64,000 nt of DNA, taken from positions 1,613-65,612 of the forward strand of contig JAZQCK010000038.1 of NCBI GenBank assembly GCA_045546255.1. The letters are read 5' to 3'. The notes under the pieces were generated by a model that saw nothing but the letters and a program-made list of their open reading frames with translations, did no database searches and was not told the DNA's origin. The DNA comes from Lachnospiraceae bacterium (GTDB taxonomy: Bacteria > Bacillota > Clostridia > Lachnospirales > Lachnospiraceae). Numbering within the stretch: the first letter of the stretch is position 1; the number at the start of each line of letters is the position of its first letter. The position numbers and the translations under genes were made by a program. Positions 61,310 through 64,000 of the stretch are shown here, one piece after another.

Positions 61310-63043
61310 TTAACGGTAAATAATATCTCCGTCCCGGTAAGTAGGCGGGATCACAGGAATCTGCAGATAACTGTCGTACTTTCCACCGGAATAAATAATA
61401 TGGTTTCCAACATTGTCTGTTTCCCAGGAAAGCGGCTCAAACCAGTCTTCTCTAATGTAACGTCCGGCGATCTGCACGCGGATTGACTGGCCTTTATGCC
61501 AGAAACGGCTGTGTGGAACAATGTTAATATCTACCGGAACGATCTCCCCAGGTTTTACCTTCTGAATGTTTTCCATCTTCAGAATCGGGCAGTAATCCGT
61601 ACTTCTTTCCTCGTCCAGTTCTCTATAGGAAAGACGGAGCTTGCCCCATGCACCCGGATGCGGAAGGTCTTCCACCAGTACCGGGATCCACTCACCGGTT
61701 GTTGACAGTTTCTGGATATTGATGAACATATCCATATCGTCGTGGCTTTCCGGACTTACCCAGAGATGCAGTTTCATATAGCCTGTGATCTCGGTATCTT
61801 CATTGAATTTGAAATCGAAATTACAGATACCCTCGTTTCCGTCGTAGCTGTAACTTGTTTCAACGGAAACCGGTTCTTCCTGCATCGACTGATTTGCTGC
61901 ATCGATATACAGTTTTTTGTATTGGGTCCTGCGGAGCGGGAACCGTTCCTCGCCTCGGTACTTCACGTGGGAAACATCCCAGCCATCCATAACTTCTAAA
62001 CGGATTCTCGGCGTCATTTCCCAACCGTTATTGATATCCTTCAGATAACGATCGAAGAACATTTTCAGATCCTGAATGTTTTCCGGTGTATAAAGATCCG
62101 GCCACTCAAACTCTCTGTGGATACGCATCCATTTTTTACGGCTCTTGATCTCGCGGTATCCGCGCATCGCGCCACGCAGGTGGAAATGATTCCAGCATGC
62201 TGTTGCGTAACAAGGGATCTCAATGTTTTCGAAAATTGGAACCTTACTATTCCACCAGTCGTTCCTCAACGGATATTTTTCCGCCATCCCCATAACGTCT
62301 TCAACATAGTTCGGACCTACGATGTCGCGGAAGATACTGGAATTAAATCCAAGACTTGGAATACCTCCTTCATAGAACAGCTCTTCATATATATCTGCAC
62401 TGCCCTCCCAAGGAGCAATACAGGTAAGATGCGGCGGACAGGTAGCTGCGATTCTCCACTGCGTCATAGCAACGTTAGAGTTTCCGGAAAGACCAATCTT
62501 TCCATTACACCAATGCTGCGTTGCAAGCCACTCAACCAGATCGTATCCGTCTTCACCTTCATCCATTCCCATTGCTTTAATATCACCTTCAGAATGGCCT
62601 ACGCCTCTCGGATCAACGTTTACAACCGCATATCCGTTTCTGCACCAGAAACCCGGATCCGGTGATTCAAATTTCGCCATATCAGATATCGTTCCAGGCG
62701 GAATTCCCATGATCTGCCATTCTTTCAGTCCTTCACAAGGTCTCTTGCCAAAGAAGCTCCACGAAATAATCGCCGGGATATCTGTCTCATTTTTCGGACG
62801 GTAAATATCGACGTAGATCTTTACACCGTCCCGCATGGTGACCGGAACATCCTGCTCGCAGATAATGTATTGGTTAGCTTCATAGGTGCGCTGGTTAAAC
62901 CGTCCGATAATGCCGTGTCCGAGCATGCTCATTCCGTTTGTAGAGACCATCTCCTCCGGCGGAACCGGATGCTTGGCTTCGATATACATGACATCAATAT
63001 CTTTTCCATTGATGTGCATTGTTTTAACAATGTTTTTTTCCAT
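61310..63043 (-). CDS. CocE/NonD family (S15 X-Pro dipeptidyl-peptidase-like) hydrolase
   Basis: 577 aa. N-terminal alpha/beta-hydrolase domain (PRGVGHSEG) and a C-terminal jelly-roll domain typical of the family. Confidence 0.75.
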   Translation of the reverse strand: MEKNIVKTMHINGKDIDVMYIEAKHPVPPEEMVSTNGMSMLGHGIIGRFNQRTYEANQYIICEQDVPVTMRDGVKIYVDIYRPKNETDIPAIISWSFFGKRPCEGLKEWQIMGIPPGTISDMAKFESPDPGFWCRNGYAVVNVDPRGVGHSEGDIKAMGMDEGEDGYDLVEWLATQHWCNGKIGLSGNSNVAMTQWRIAATCPPHLTCIAPWEGSADIYEELFYEGGIPSLGFNSSIFRDIVGPNYVEDVMGMAEKYPLRNDWWNSKVPIFENIEIPCYATACWNHFHLRGAMRGYREIKSRKKWMRIHREFEWPDLYTPENIQDLKMFFDRYLKDINNGWEMTPRIRLEVMDGWDVSHVKYRGEERFPLRRTQYKKLYIDAANQSMQEEPVSVETSYSYDGNEGICNFDFKFNEDTEITGYMKLHLWVSPESHDDMDMFINIQKLSTTGEWIPVLVEDLPHPGAWGKLRLSYRELDEERSTDYCPILKMENIQKVKPGEIVPVDINIVPHSRFWHKGQSIRVQIAGRYIREDWFEPLSWETDNVGNHIIYSGGKYDSYLQIPVIPPTYRDGDIIYR

Positions 63044-63055
63044 GCTTCCTCCTTT

Positions 63056-63307
63056 TTAGTAGTCACAAAGATCTTCCATGAAGTCTGCTACATCGCCGAC
63101 TGTCTGGCATTTTCTAAGTTTTACAAAGGCAACCTGAACGTCATACTCATCTTCCAGGAAATTCGCCAGCTGGGAAATCTGTGCAGATTTGGCACCAAGA
63201 TCATCAAAAATATTTGTTGCCTCTGTGATTTCTCCATCTTCCTTTCCGAATACCGCACAAAGTCGTGCACAGATTTTCTGAACTGCTTCATCTCTGAATT
63301 TTGCCAT
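63056..63307 (-). CDS. acyl/peptidyl carrier protein-like (phosphopantetheine attachment candidate DLGAKS)
   Basis: 83-aa acidic four-helix-type sequence with a Ser in a DLGxxS context. Confidence 0.55.
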   Translation of the reverse strand: MAKFRDEAVQKICARLCAVFGKEDGEITEATNIFDDLGAKSAQISQLANFLEDEYDVQVAFVKLRKCQTVGDVADFMEDLCDY

Positions 63308-63322
63308 AATCGTCCTCCTCTT

Positions 63323-64000
63323 TTATTTCACCTCGCCGCCTTCGTTTTCATAAAGTGAAGGCAGGAATTCTGTAAGTGCGATCCACTCATTCGGAGCAAA
63401 AAGAAGCGGACCAAACGCAGCTTCTTTTGGAAGCTCTACAAATGGAGGCAGGCAGCATGCTGCTTTTCCATCGCAGTCATAACGCCATCCAAGCCATGTG
63501 AAAATATTGACTTTTGCGCCATCAGCTGTATTGCGTCCGATGATCGTTTCAACCGCGTAATTACGCATCGGGAACCGGTTCGGAAGTGCAAGCATATCCA
63601 GTGCCTGCTCCATATGCCATCCGGTGATTAGCGTTCCGATATCACTCGTCATGACTTTACCCATATCAAATCCGCATTTCTGAGGATCCTGGAAACGAAC
63701 GTTCACTTCCTTCAGCCCTCTGCCTTCGTCTTTCAGCATCGCATGTAATACGCCTCTGGTTTTATATGCGATCGGAACAATCGGATTCAGGATTTTTTCC
63801 CTATCGCAATCTGCAATTGCAACGGAATGATGGCTCTCCGGCATCCACATCAAATACCGATAAGACTCCAGTGGATAATATGCATACCACCAGTTGATCA
63901 TTTCCGTCGTGACGCCTTTCAGTTCGATCGTCTGCTGTGTATAAATTCCCTGTCCCGGGAGGACTGCGAATCCACATTCCAGATCACCAGCTGCAAGCAG
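63323..64000 (-). CDS. hypothetical protein, possibly DAPG/phloretin-hydrolase (PhlG) family; 5' end outside window
   Basis: The frame stays open to the window edge, beyond the track's ATG at 63901. The EMINWWYAYY...RY..W.P..H pattern resembles my memory of PhlG/Phy proteins. Unverified. Confidence 0.4.
   Translation of the reverse strand: MLAAGDLECGFAVLPGQGIYTQQTIELKGVTTEMINWWYAYYPLESYRYLMWMPESHHSVAIADCDREKILNPIVPIAYKTRGVLHAMLKDEGRGLKEVNVRFQDPQKCGFDMGKVMTSDIGTLITGWHMEQALDMLALPNRFPMRNYAVETIIGRNTADGAKVNIFTWLGWRYDCDGKAACCLPPFVELPKEAAFGPLLFAPNEWIALTEFLPSLYENEGGEVK

Noticed and set aside
1-64000. Searched for prophage, integrative element, CRISPR-Cas, retron/DGR, rRNA/tRNA and classical riboswitch leaders.
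   Set aside because: No integrase, recombinase, transposase, reverse transcriptase, cas or phage structural genes are recognisable. There is no spacer-repeat array. No leader sequence matched a riboswitch or T-box core that I can recognise by eye.

Overview
This 64-kb chromosomal segment looks like a gut Clostridia (Lachnospiraceae-type) genome. By eye it is roughly 45-52% GC, with AGGAGG-type ribosome-binding sites and about 75 protein genes on both strands. I saw no rRNA, tRNA, CRISPR, integrase, transposase or phage genes. No searches were run; all family calls come from motifs I recognise. Most genes encode accessory metabolism or housekeeping functions: CDF and MATE-like transporters, a nucleoside deoxyribosyltransferase, vWA and macro-domain proteins, ThpR, a NifX-FKBP fusion, a VanX-like dipeptidase, an araA-araB-araD-esterase operon, a CIRCE-controlled hsp20, an Fe-S aldo/keto reductase, a Crp/Fnr plus ferredoxin pair, TcdA and a LarE-like protein. 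There are three LysR-linked catabolic clusters: (1) UroD-like, MFS and enoate-reductase-type flavoenzyme genes; (2) two amidohydrolase-fold genes plus an SDR; (3) carrier protein, CocE/NonD hydrolase, pta, buk and MFS genes. Also present are ZIP, CPBP and NADAR genes, a 5'-truncated RhuM/Fic gene and a 3'-truncated def gene. The most interesting signal is non-coding. A four-member family of about 300-nt modules sits at 13.1-13.5 kb, 41.4-41.8 kb and 51.2-51.5 kb, with a deletion remnant at 51.7-51.9 kb. Each module carries a 26-38 aa hydrophobic peptide ORF inside a highly structured + strand transcript, with an anti-SD and a 5'/3' closing helix that shows compensatory changes. On the opposite strand a perfectly conserved TTGACT-N17-TATTAT promoter would produce an antisense RNA of about 100 nt ending at a shared hairpin. 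This is the architecture of a type I toxin-antitoxin locus, and I cannot assign it to a named family. Two other unannotated structures stand out. A REP-like 25-nt palindromic repeat family (6 units, 48.3-52.9 kb) is associated with gene truncations and with an AT-rich wHTH-GHKL-STAS gene. A 105-bp x3.5 hairpin-containing tandem array abuts the 5' UTR of a DUF2804 gene.
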